Positions 32,747 through 41,756 of a stretch of DNA of 64,000 nt are shown here, one piece after another. A model generated the notes under the pieces. It worked only from the letters and a program-made list of their open reading frames with translations. It was not told where the DNA came from and did no database searches. How positions within the stretch are numbered: the stretch's first letter is position 1; every line of letters begins with the position of its first letter. The DNA is taken from positions 62,001 through 126,000 of the IMG/VR virus record IMGVR_UViG_3300042544_001590; one strand, given 5' to 3'. The position numbers and the translations under genes are program-made.

Positions 32747-33055
32747 CTATTTGGGTATTTCAAAAGTGGAACCATCTGGTAATTGAACTGCTGTTGTGGA
32801 CGATGGTAACATACCAGTCTCAATCGCATCATATAAAGCATCTGGAAAATATTGTTGTTGATACTCGCTCATCGGAAATTTAAAAGTTACTGGTTCTCCA
32901 CCACGAGAATATCCCATCAACATTTCCAATTCACCATCCGGCGTTCTGGTTGAAAGATTTCCAAATTCATCTTGCTCCAATTTAACAATACCTGATTGTT
33001 CGGAATACATCTCGGTTATGAGATTTGAAATTGCAAGTTGATCTTTCGTGGTCAT
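32747..33055 (-). CDS. hypothetical protein, possible internal head protein
   Basis: Late promoter; MTTKDQLAISNLITEM N-terminus. Confidence 0.7.
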   Translation of the reverse strand: MTTKDQLAISNLITEMYSEQSGIVKLEQDEFGNLSTRTPDGELEMLMGYSRGGEPVTFKFPMSEYQQQYFPDALYDAIETGMLPSSTTAVQLPDGSTFEIPK

Positions 33056-33070
33056 ATTTATATTTAACTA

Positions 33071-33271
33071 TTAATCGCCTTTTTCATACTTTTCAATCAT
33101 TTCAGCCACAAATTTTGGGGTTATTGGGTGTTCTTTTGTCCACAAAGATTTCCAAAATTTATTATTGTTATAAATAGATAGTCCCCATTCCCCATTTTCA
33201 TCGTCTTGTTTATTCAAAACCCACCCATACTCAACATCATCCACTGTGATTTTTCTGTGTTTCTTTTTCAT
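33071..33271 (-). CDS. small hypothetical protein
   Basis: ORF track. Confidence 0.68.
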   Translation of the reverse strand: MKKKHRKITVDDVEYGWVLNKQDDENGEWGLSIYNNNKFWKSLWTKEHPITPKFVAEMIEKYEKGD

Positions 33272-33272
33272 T

Positions 33273-33617
33273 TTAAATCAATTCAGGATTTTCAAAAATA
33301 TTCCCAATAATCTCTCTATCACATACATCAAGCAACCAACAACCCAATCCACCATTAGATTCAAGAACAAACCTCGATTCGGTATTTTCCCACACAACTT
33401 CAAATAGATCATCGATATCCGTAGAACCAAATGATATAATATCACCCTCATAAATCTCAACTTCATTTTTATCGAGAAGACCTGTCCACTGCTGGATGAC
33501 AAATTCTTCGCTTGGATGTGGTGTGTAAATCTGTCCTGATACGAAATCTCCGTCCATGAAAGCTTTGAACTCCTTATCAACTTTATCCCAAACACGAAAT
33601 TTAAATTTTCGATTCAT
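33273..33617 (-). CDS. YopX-family protein
   Basis: KFRVWD, QWTGLLDKNEVEIYEGDI, IIGNIFENPEL. Confidence 0.88.
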   Translation of the reverse strand: MNRKFKFRVWDKVDKEFKAFMDGDFVSGQIYTPHPSEEFVIQQWTGLLDKNEVEIYEGDIISFGSTDIDDLFEVVWENTESRFVLESNGGLGCWLLDVCDREIIGNIFENPELI

Positions 33618-33623
33618 GAGATG

Positions 33624-33651
33624 AGTGTATTCTAGTTTTTAAGAAAATCAA
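33624..33651 (-). promoter_or_regulatory. TTGATT-N4-TAAAAACTAG-AA-TACACT promoter, 6 nt before ATG
   Basis: Reverse-strand copy of the array motif at 33632-33641. Confidence 0.78.
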
Positions 33652-34727
33652 GCGGAACTCACCCACCCAGCGTCATTTGCCGTCACAAAAACATGATTAC
33701 CCGACAAATCAGCGAAATAATTGGAACTTAGTGCCACTGTGACAATATTATCATTCACCGTAGTAATCACGTTCTCTGGCAATTGATATGCAGAAATCGT
33801 GGGGAACTTGGCAGTGTCAATCTCAGTATATACCAATTCGGGAATGTCATAAGCTCCCGACAGATACCATGTATTATTATAATTAAATCGCTTTCCATAG
33901 AATTGGAAATTCCTATCGTTCAGTTCCGTGACAACCAGAGAATCCCCTTGGTGAATGCCATTGATGAAATAATTGGTAAATTCGGGATATGCGCTGATTG
34001 ATACGCTGTCTGTCACCACACCTTCGGCACTGATCGCATCAAAGAGATTGTAATCACAAAAGCGATTACTGACAGGGAGAGCATGGAAGTCAGCGTTCAC
34101 CACATAGATCGGTGCTTGGGTCTGGTTGTAATCCTTGAACAGCCATCCCTTGACCGTGAAAGAGGTGGAAGCGGAAATTCTCCATTTCACATCAGGAGAT
34201 AAGTCCTTGGGATTTTCATAGGAAATATCTCCTGACCACTGGATTTCCGAACGAATCTCATCTATGAAAGGCATGTTGAATTTCTCAGGAACTTTCCAAG
34301 ACACCATGATATATGGGTTACAATTCACCACGAAATTCTGAATGATTTGATCCAAATCCTCCTTGAAATAACAGATGATATTCACTTCCAAAGTGAGATT
34401 CACCGGAATTGGTTGGGGGATTTTAGCCATCCGGTTGGTGGAATCCAACTGTTTTCTATAAATGAATTGATCTTTGTTGTGAATGCGGGATGGATCACGC
34501 GCCAACGAAGTTTGCTCAATTGTCACCACAGGCAGGGTGAGCGTCTTGGCTCTGTCGCTCAGGTCATGTATAACACGCTGTTTCGGTCCATTGACATAGC
34601 GAACCTCAATCTTTTCCTTTGCTTGCCTTGTGCGAGCGTCATAGCGATATACAAAAGCATCGTCAAACGCTGCAACGAACAGGTTGAGGAGTTGGGAATT
34701 TTCAAAGAAATAGCTGTAATCGTTCAC
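33648..34727 (-). CDS. gp15: tail completion / sheath stabiliser gp15-like
   Basis: VRYVNGPKQR, LPVVTIE, PIPVNL.L..NI.C.FKEDLDQIIQ. Confidence 0.8.
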   Translation of the reverse strand: MNDYSYFFENSQLLNLFVAAFDDAFVYRYDARTRQAKEKIEVRYVNGPKQRVIHDLSDRAKTLTLPVVTIEQTSLARDPSRIHNKDQFIYRKQLDSTNRMAKIPQPIPVNLTLEVNIICYFKEDLDQIIQNFVVNCNPYIMVSWKVPEKFNMPFIDEIRSEIQWSGDISYENPKDLSPDVKWRISASTSFTVKGWLFKDYNQTQAPIYVVNADFHALPVSNRFCDYNLFDAISAEGVVTDSVSISAYPEFTNYFINGIHQGDSLVVTELNDRNFQFYGKRFNYNNTWYLSGAYDIPELVYTEIDTAKFPTISAYQLPENVITTVNDNIVTVALSSNYFADLSGNHVFVTANDAGWVSSA

Positions 34728-34741
34728 TACTTCTTATTTAA

Positions 34742-34779
34742 TCAACAAACAAGCCCATCCCGTAGAAGGAGATGGGCTT
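34742..34779 (-). terminator. putative intrinsic terminator
   Basis: AAGCCCATC/GATGGGCTT 9-bp stem with a weak U-tract on the minus strand. Confidence 0.6.
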
Positions 34780-34819
34780 GGAACTAAACTGGTGATCGAA
34801 ACCACTCAGTTGTCTCCAT

Positions 34820-35116
34820 TTAAAACGGAAATTCTGGATTGTCAAGAGCATATTGATCTGAATATTTATAAATTACATATTTTTTCAGAACTCTCTTGGT
34901 ATTTTTCGATCTACGCAGGAGTTCACGAATACCTCCTGATTTGCCGCACCCAAAACAATGGAAAAATTTTGGAGTTCTGGTATGTATCACACAAGATGGT
35001 GTTTTTTCGTCGTGGAATGGGCATAAAATGTGAATTGCTCCATTTTTATTCTTCCACCCTATGGAAGTCTTTGATTTTTTCCAATCCGATCTTGAAGTTG
35101 ATAATTCCAAATTCAT
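34820..35116 (-). CDS. stand-alone CHC2 (primase-type) zinc-finger protein
   Basis: LCPFHDEKTPS...FHCFGCGKSG. Confidence 0.8.
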   Translation of the reverse strand: MNLELSTSRSDWKKSKTSIGWKNKNGAIHILCPFHDEKTPSCVIHTRTPKFFHCFGCGKSGGIRELLRRSKNTKRVLKKYVIYKYSDQYALDNPEFPF

Positions 35117-35346
35117 GGCATATTCTCAGGAACGGAATCTGAGTAAATCCCATCCTTTCGCCTCTCCCACCCACCTTTCAAATCAATACCATAGAAAGCG
35201 ATGGGGTATTTGATCCATTTCTTATTATACCAATATGGATTTTTACCAATTTGCCATTTCCAGAGTGATCCATATTTGGCTTGAATGTGCCAAATTCCAA
35301 TTCTTATGTTAATCCAACAGTCGCTCATATTATTAAAAATTTCCAA
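35113..35346 (-). CDS. small Trp-rich hypothetical protein
   Basis: ORF track; overlapping operon. Confidence 0.62.
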   Translation of the reverse strand: MEIFNNMSDCWINIRIGIWHIQAKYGSLWKWQIGKNPYWYNKKWIKYPIAFYGIDLKGGWERRKDGIYSDSVPENMP

Positions 35347-36598
35347 ATCCCAATGCTCTTTCCTGTTTTTTCAGCGGAGACTCAAACTCCTCAAGATTGA
35401 ATATATCACACAATGGAATTTCTTCGGTAAAGGTGTGTTCGATCCCACAGTGTTCGGACAACCTATTGGCTTCCTTGGTGGAAAGCTTGTCAAAGTGGTG
35501 GGATAGGTGCAATCTACCCTTCCGCAATAACGCATCATCAATCGCCCTGATATCAGCATTCATGGTTGCTATGATTTTGAGTTTTAAAGAATCCTTCAAA
35601 AATCCATCTGTGAGATTGAGAATGTTCGTCGTTGCAGTGCTTCTATCGCCACAAAGAATCTGTTCTGCATCTTCCACGATTAGGACGTTACCTTGATTTT
35701 GTAACATGAATGATACAAAGCTTGGTTCTGCTATGATATTCACCATGGATGGGGGGACGTAAATTACATCTTCATCGCAATGGGTGATGAGATTTTTGAT
35801 GTAGTTCGTCTTGCCGCAGCCGGGATGCCCATAAAAAACCATCAGATTGTTTGATTCTTCCTCAAAAAATTTAAGAATCTTTTCATGGGGAAAATCATCA
35901 CCATAATATAGAGAGTAATCATCGTCTTTGATGGGTATGTTCTTGAAACTCGTCTTCTGTTTCGTCAACCCATGCTGAGTCTGGGCAATCATATAAAAGC
36001 TCTTCTCCGAAGCGGGTAGAAACAGAAATTCCTCATCAACAAATTCCTTCAAAAATTCCTCAATCATCTTTCGATTCTTAACCAGAGGAGAAAAACTGAT
36101 AGTAACCCCCCCGTTATTTGGCGTAAACACATCCCCATCGTCATCCTCTTTCTCAATCTTATCTTCCGGCATACCGAACGTTGCTCGAACCATAAGCGTC
36201 AGATCATCACAGAAATAGTATCCCGTGTTGTATTCGTTGATCTTATATTGCTGGGTGACATCAAAATTCCATTTTCTCAGGAACTCATGGATTCTCTCAA
36301 GCTGCTGCTTGTCGAAAAGATAGTCCTCAATTGCCAGAGAAACATAGGAAATGTTCCCATATTTCTGCTCAAATTCTTGGGGGTAATCAGAAGAACCAAG
36401 GAATTTACCCTGATGGGAAACCCAGAACACGTTTTCCAACGAGTTGTCGATTATTGTTTTTAATTTAGTCACTTTATTCTTTTTATTCTTTTTATATATT
36501 TCTGAATATTCCATTTCTACTTTCACACTTCCTTCTAAAAATTTTTCAAGCTGTGCTGGATTCACAATTGGAATTTTATTAATATCAATCATATTCAA
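35333..36598 (-). CDS. AAA+ ATPase
   Basis: Walker A GHPGCGKT, Walker B LIVEDAE, LNLTDG, ALLRKGRL. Confidence 0.85.
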   Translation of the reverse strand: MNMIDINKIPIVNPAQLEKFLEGSVKVEMEYSEIYKKNKKNKVTKLKTIIDNSLENVFWVSHQGKFLGSSDYPQEFEQKYGNISYVSLAIEDYLFDKQQLERIHEFLRKWNFDVTQQYKINEYNTGYYFCDDLTLMVRATFGMPEDKIEKEDDDGDVFTPNNGGVTISFSPLVKNRKMIEEFLKEFVDEEFLFLPASEKSFYMIAQTQHGLTKQKTSFKNIPIKDDDYSLYYGDDFPHEKILKFFEEESNNLMVFYGHPGCGKTNYIKNLITHCDEDVIYVPPSMVNIIAEPSFVSFMLQNQGNVLIVEDAEQILCGDRSTATTNILNLTDGFLKDSLKLKIIATMNADIRAIDDALLRKGRLHLSHHFDKLSTKEANRLSEHCGIEHTFTEEIPLCDIFNLEEFESPLKKQERALGFGNF

Positions 36599-38220
36599 TT
36601 AAATCTATCGAGAAAGAACTTGGGAAGCTTTCGTTTATTGCGCTGAACTGCATCAAAGATAGAACCATCTAAAATATATGTTTCGCAATAATCATCTTCC
36701 GAACGGACACCGCGCCCACAAGCTTGCACCAGAGTCTTCAACATCATATTACCATACCAGTCTTTGTCAAGCTTCATCAGTTTCTCCACACGCACATCCT
36801 TGGTTGGTAGCCATGGTGCCTTCAGGATGATCTGGAATCGCGCCAGATCGCCTTTTAGGTCAACACCGTAGGTCATGGAAGGGGATACCAGAACAGTAGG
36901 TTCATCCGATTCCTCATGCATTTCCAAAAGCTGCTCATTATTCACTCCCGGTTCCCGACAAAGTAGCCGATCCGAATTAATATTATCCCGAATGTAATCG
37001 GTAAGATATTGGGTATGGGTGTGAATGATTCCCTTTTCCTCTCCATGGTGTTCCAAAATCCCCTTGATTTGTTTCACCAGAGTTGGAAGCATGGATTTTA
37101 GATTTTGAAAATTCAGCTTTTGTTTAGCCATGATATGAATCGGGGATTTCTCAGGCTCGAAATCAGTTCCAATGTGTAGATATTCATAATCCTTAATTCC
37201 CAGAGATTTGCAATACGCATCAGGATCAATGATCGTTGCGGACATAATCACCACTTTCTCCGCATGGGAGAATAGGTGTTTGGAAAGGACATCAACTTTC
37301 AGGGGAATGAAACGGATACCATATTCCACCCTCTCAATGATGTAATCACTGTCATAGAAAGATTCGGAAAGTAATCCCAGAGAATTGAAAAGATTTGTAA
37401 GTTTGGTGTATTCCTGTTTCTTTTTATTGAATTGGATAATGTCTTTCTTGGCAGTATTGGATGAGAACCATTCCTTATAATCCGCGCAAGATGTTTCCAC
37501 TTTCTCAATCAGGGAATTAACCCATGAGAGAACCTTGGGCTTGTTCTTATCATCATTGGGGAATGGTGTCACCAACGTCTGCGTCTTCATCAGGAATGGT
37601 ATATCCACCTCACATGTGAATTGGCTCACCAATTGCTCTTCCAATTCCGATCCCTCATCACACACCATCACCTGTCTTGTCTTGAGATGGTTGGGAAGGG
37701 AGAAGAACATGCTGTAATTCAGGGCGGCGAACTTGGAAGTAAGCATGTCATTCCTATTATTGTAATAAGGGCAGCGATTCGCTTTCCAACATTCGTTCTT
37801 CTGGTTTGCAACGTAGATACAGGGAGCAACATCAACCGACAGGGTATCATCCACATCACATTGGTAATTACTCTTGCCTTTCAGCATTCCCGTATCATCA
37901 AAGGTCATCTGATATTGGTCTTGTAGGGATTTTGTGATTGTTAAAGCATAACAACCAAAGGGTTCAATATCGGATACCAATGCTGCCCCCTCTTCGCTGA
38001 AGATGCTGTAATTTCTCACGATTCGTTCAAATTCAGCAGGAACATCCTTGGAGACATTGCCAAGTGTCTTCGCCAAGTGCGTTTTACCAACACCCGTATC
38101 AGCATGAACGATTACGAATTTCTTACCATTCTCAAATGCTTTTTCAATGGCATTGAGAGCTTTGGCTTGTTTGTCACGGGGATTGAATCCCTCTGGAAAG
38201 TTTAATATTAGATTATTCAT
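36595..38220 (-). CDS. dinG: DinG/Rad3-like SF2 helicase
   Basis: ADTGVGKT, LKGKSNYQC with Fe-S Cys, VCDEGSE, MSAT, GVDLKGD, QACGRGVRSEDD. Confidence 0.87.
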   Translation of the reverse strand: MNNLILNFPEGFNPRDKQAKALNAIEKAFENGKKFVIVHADTGVGKTHLAKTLGNVSKDVPAEFERIVRNYSIFSEEGAALVSDIEPFGCYALTITKSLQDQYQMTFDDTGMLKGKSNYQCDVDDTLSVDVAPCIYVANQKNECWKANRCPYYNNRNDMLTSKFAALNYSMFFSLPNHLKTRQVMVCDEGSELEEQLVSQFTCEVDIPFLMKTQTLVTPFPNDDKNKPKVLSWVNSLIEKVETSCADYKEWFSSNTAKKDIIQFNKKKQEYTKLTNLFNSLGLLSESFYDSDYIIERVEYGIRFIPLKVDVLSKHLFSHAEKVVIMSATIIDPDAYCKSLGIKDYEYLHIGTDFEPEKSPIHIMAKQKLNFQNLKSMLPTLVKQIKGILEHHGEEKGIIHTHTQYLTDYIRDNINSDRLLCREPGVNNEQLLEMHEESDEPTVLVSPSMTYGVDLKGDLARFQIILKAPWLPTKDVRVEKLMKLDKDWYGNMMLKTLVQACGRGVRSEDDYCETYILDGSIFDAVQRNKRKLPKFFLDRFN

Positions 38221-38225
38221 TTATT

Positions 38226-38483
38226 TTATTTCTTACCACCATCCCATTTAACCAATTCCACTTTGGATGGCTCATCGACATACCCCACAACCCACCACCT
38301 TCGACCTTCATCTGCTATTAATAGAACCAGTTCATCCGATAATGCAAAATGGGAAAAATCTTTTCTACTATTTTTCTGTTTGATAAAGAAATCTGAAGAT
38401 AAAAGTTCTTCGGTGTTTTTGAACTCAAAAGTTGTTGGGTCGAGTCCCGACCAAAATCCCGGAATGTGTTGTTTAAACGTCAT
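38226..38483 (-). CDS. small hypothetical protein
   Basis: ORF track; TTGACA-N16-TAATAT-N6-ATG. Confidence 0.75.
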   Translation of the reverse strand: MTFKQHIPGFWSGLDPTTFEFKNTEELLSSDFFIKQKNSRKDFSHFALSDELVLLIADEGRRWWVVGYVDEPSKVELVKWDGGKK

Positions 38484-38513
38484 AAGTGGATATTACCACA
38501 ACCGAATAAAATG

Positions 38514-38843
38514 TCAACCCGTGATGACGTAAAGGTGATTATCGAAGAATTTGGACGCTTCCGATTTGTTCAGCATCCGCATTTTCCAATACACCTCTTC
38601 CGTTCGGGGACAGAACGCACTCAGGGCATAATCAAAAATAAATCCCCCGTCCGTGAGCTTGATATCATAAGGATATGAGATTTCCCATTCCTTGACTTCC
38701 CCACTTTCATCAATTTTAAATTTTACGAAATTCTGCTTGGTGTTGAACATTTGTATTTTTCCCTCCCGAATTGTTCGGGAATTTAGAACAAATTTCACAT
38801 CACGGAAAATCAGTTGTTTTAGGTGTTCTTCAATTCTAATCAT
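38514..38843 (-). CDS. hypothetical protein
   Basis: ORF track; operon context. Confidence 0.72.
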   Translation of the reverse strand: MIRIEEHLKQLIFRDVKFVLNSRTIREGKIQMFNTKQNFVKFKIDESGEVKEWEISYPYDIKLTDGGFIFDYALSAFCPRTEEVYWKMRMLNKSEASKFFDNHLYVITG

Positions 38844-39253
38844 TTGGGAAAGGGGTCGAGGTTCAATTCGATATCCATGTATCGCATTTTTTCATTGGCA
38901 CTCATAGGGTAAATTTTTTCATTAAAGAATGGCCAAAAATTATCATCTGCTGGCATTTGTTGGACGAGGTAGCACATATCCATTGATATATTTCTATAAG
39001 ATTGCATAAAAATATCCCATGCAACCACGATATTATGTTGGCGTTCATTGATCTTTTTTGGTTCCAGAGAACCTTGATACTGAAGAGTTCTCAATCCGTT
39101 TTCAGAACGCAAAATCTCGTAGCTATTCGTGCATAGCATCTGGCGAAGCTCCGGTCTTCCGGGGGCGCGTTCCGGTCTTCTGCGGACAATCATCAGGTCA
39201 CAGATATTGCTTTTCAGCAAACGCTGTAACTCAGTCCGTTTTATTAGTCTCAT
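38840..39253 (-). CDS. hypothetical protein, possibly WYL-like SH3 fold
   Basis: RQMLCTN...VVAWDIFMQSYRNI pattern. Confidence 0.5.
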   Translation of the reverse strand: MRLIKRTELQRLLKSNICDLMIVRRRPERAPGRPELRQMLCTNSYEILRSENGLRTLQYQGSLEPKKINERQHNIVVAWDIFMQSYRNISMDMCYLVQQMPADDNFWPFFNEKIYPMSANEKMRYMDIELNLDPFPK

Positions 39254-39656
39254 TTACTTCACAAACGCCAAACATGCGTTGCTCATTCAAGAACAGTCCG
39301 TTCTTCACTTTTCCGTATCCTTTGACTTCCAGATTACTCACACCACTTCCCATTCCGCTGGGAAACACCACAATCTCCCCAACTTCCGTGAAGAGAACAT
39401 TTGGCCCCTTCAAAATAACTTTGCCTTTGCGCCACATCTTATCCACATTATTGATGGGAATTAGGAGACTACCACGCTGAACAAAATCTCCCGAATCTTG
39501 AGTATTCTGAGCCAGATCACAATATTCCACAAGCATCACATCATCCATCAGACGGGAGAGGATATAATCATCCATTCCGAAGTCGGTGGGAAGGTTTGGA
39601 TCATTTAGATCAATGTGGGATTTTTGGGGTGCTAACTTATCAATGCTTACTGTCAT
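39231..39656 (-). CDS. groES: GroES / gp31-like co-chaperonin
   Basis: DDVMLVE, RKGKVILKGP, EVGEIVVFP. Confidence 0.72.
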   Translation of the reverse strand: MTVSIDKLAPQKSHIDLNDPNLPTDFGMDDYILSRLMDDVMLVEYCDLAQNTQDSGDFVQRGSLLIPINNVDKMWRKGKVILKGPNVLFTEVGEIVVFPSGMGSGVSNLEVKGYGKVKNGLFLNEQRMFGVCEVNETNKTD

Positions 39657-39664
39657 GGGAATAT

Positions 39665-39940
39665 TTATTCATCTTTTTTGGAAGGCAAGCGTTTTTTAGA
39701 AATATAATTAATTCTCTTCCGTTTCAGCTTGGGTATCACATTCTCAAAAAATTGAAATCGCTCCTCATCCGTCTCAAAAATTGAACTATATTTATTTACA
39801 GTCTCGTTGGCATAGTTCAACAGATCATTATCATAGAAACTCAAATAGCGAGTCACCATGTAAGGGGAGAACTCTTCCAATAGTTCGTTGGTCATTTCTC
39901 CTTTTTTATCAAAGAGCATGTGGTTGATTGAATTAAACAT
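39665..39940 (-). CDS. gp62: clamp loader small subunit gp62-like
   Basis: FSPYMVTRYLSF...YANETVN...F.NVIPK.KRK. Confidence 0.68.
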   Translation of the reverse strand: MFNSINHMLFDKKGEMTNELLEEFSPYMVTRYLSFYDNDLLNYANETVNKYSSIFETDEERFQFFENVIPKLKRKRINYISKKRLPSKKDE

Positions 39941-40700
39941 CGTGTAATATCATATCCTTTCTGTAAATATCCCCATGCTCCCTCCCATCGGCAAACCATT
40001 TGGATGGAAAGTGACAGGTTTTTCTACCAATCAAAGATGCCCACCAAGAGAAAGTGGAATTGCTTCCTACTATGATATCACATTTACTCATTGATGTAAA
40101 TGAATCCAGATCGGAATTGAAAATCGGTATTTGTAATTTAAAATTGGAAAATTCCTCCAACACATGAGCAGGGGAATCTGTAAACCCTACAAGATTGTAA
40201 TTTTCAAATTCATGTAAAAGATGATTAAAATATTCAGTGTTGCAAACGTGATGGATGTTTCTATGAAGCATGTAATCTCCTCGTCTGATATGAACACCAA
40301 CCAATGGAATATGGGAACCCTTCTGAGTCCTAAAAGAAGTATTATCAATATCGGGTAAATTTAACAAAGATATAAATTCATCCTTAACATCCTCGAAATA
40401 TTTCAGGGATTGGAAATACCCATGAAGGGAAACACTCCCATGGACAAAAGGTAATTCATTGTAATTAAATCTTTGCTCATGCACGGGAATGACATCTCTG
40501 GTAAATGGTAAGGAACCATACTCAAAATTGCAAAAGATCGTATCTTTATAGGATAGCACATGATTGCCCTGTCCAGCGTTCCAATTATCGGGAACGATGA
40601 TTAGCTTCTTCCCATGCTTCTTGGCATAGGCGTATCCCGCAGCAATGATGAATAGCTGGTTTCCCAGACCACCAATTGGATGAACGTAACAATTATTCAT
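39933..40700 (-). CDS. GT11 alpha-1,2-fucosyltransferase-like protein
   Basis: GGLGNQLF, GYFQS.KYF, HIRRGDY, SNSTFSWWA. Confidence 0.88.
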   Translation of the reverse strand: MNNCYVHPIGGLGNQLFIIAAGYAYAKKHGKKLIIVPDNWNAGQGNHVLSYKDTIFCNFEYGSLPFTRDVIPVHEQRFNYNELPFVHGSVSLHGYFQSLKYFEDVKDEFISLLNLPDIDNTSFRTQKGSHIPLVGVHIRRGDYMLHRNIHHVCNTEYFNHLLHEFENYNLVGFTDSPAHVLEEFSNFKLQIPIFNSDLDSFTSMSKCDIIVGSNSTFSWWASLIGRKTCHFPSKWFADGREHGDIYRKDMILHDV

Positions 40701-40778
40701 GGAGGTATCTTAACATTCCAAGAAAGGATGTCAAGCGTGTGTTAAAATATGCAAAATCGGACGGAAAACGTCCGTTTT

Positions 40779-41231
40779 TTAATATCCAAGCAACCTCTTG
40801 CGGCGGGTATCAGGAGTGGACGCTGAGAACGTTTCCGAGAACGCCGAAACGGGAACCGTAGTGACGGAACTAAGGAATGAGAAAACGGAATAGGAATTGT
40901 CCGTATTAACAACCGCCATATCGGTGAGGTGGAGGGAAGACGGGATGTTGAACACCGATCCAAGGACGTTTACAGTGACGTTTGGATATGTGGCAAGGGA
41001 GAATGCCGATGCGGTGTGAACGGTGCTACCCACGGAGAAATCAACGGGGGAGAAAGCGAGTCCTACATCAGTGGTGGAAAGGGAAACGACACCAACTTGG
41101 CGAGAAGTCACAACAACATTCGCACCGGAGAGATAGGTGACACCTGTGGCAGATAGGGAGGTGCTGGCGAGGTTTGGGGTTCCGGTTTTTTGGGCGGAAA
41201 GTAGAACGGTTTGGAACGTGTATAGGCTCAT
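40779..41231 (-). CDS. S/T-rich putative virion protein
   Basis: Late promoter; C-terminal RRKRLLGY. Confidence 0.65.
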   Translation of the reverse strand: MSLYTFQTVLLSAQKTGTPNLASTSLSATGVTYLSGANVVVTSRQVGVVSLSTTDVGLAFSPVDFSVGSTVHTASAFSLATYPNVTVNVLGSVFNIPSSLHLTDMAVVNTDNSYSVFSFLSSVTTVPVSAFSETFSASTPDTRRKRLLGY

Positions 41232-41239
41232 AGTATTAT

Positions 41240-41674
41240 TTAGTGAATTGGGTAATTATTTTCAAAGTATTCTATGAATTTGGCAGACACCGCATCTTTA
41301 CCATCTTTGATATTATCAAGCTCAATTTTTTCCAAATCTTCAGCCACCCTTTGATATTCGGATTGGGGAATTTTAAATCTTGGTAGGGACAGGATTTTAA
41401 TCCATTTGACTACCAATGGTGTCTTCTCAACATTTGAATATTTTAAATCAAAAATTTTATCGTTATAATAAGCACCCAAATCATCACACAACCAATTTCG
41501 CTCATTATCCCAATAAATACTACCCTCTTCGTTTTTATCAAACCATCCCCTAAACCAATCCAATAAATCTAAACGCTTTGCTGTTTTTTCTTTTGAATAT
41601 GGGGTTTCAACATAAAATGCGTCTATTTCTGCCAATTCGTATGCTTTTTGGATTGCGGTTTCTGATACTGTCAT
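41240..41674 (-). CDS. hypothetical protein
   Basis: ORF track; TTGACA-N16-TAAATT-N5-ATG. Confidence 0.72.
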   Translation of the reverse strand: MTVSETAIQKAYELAEIDAFYVETPYSKEKTAKRLDLLDWFRGWFDKNEEGSIYWDNERNWLCDDLGAYYNDKIFDLKYSNVEKTPLVVKWIKILSLPRFKIPQSEYQRVAEDLEKIELDNIKDGKDAVSAKFIEYFENNYPIH

Positions 41675-41756
41675 GTATTAATTTAACATAATTTTTAAAT
41701 TTGTCAATATTTTTATTGAAATCTGTTTTTGTTCTGATAGTCTGTTAAGTAATAAC

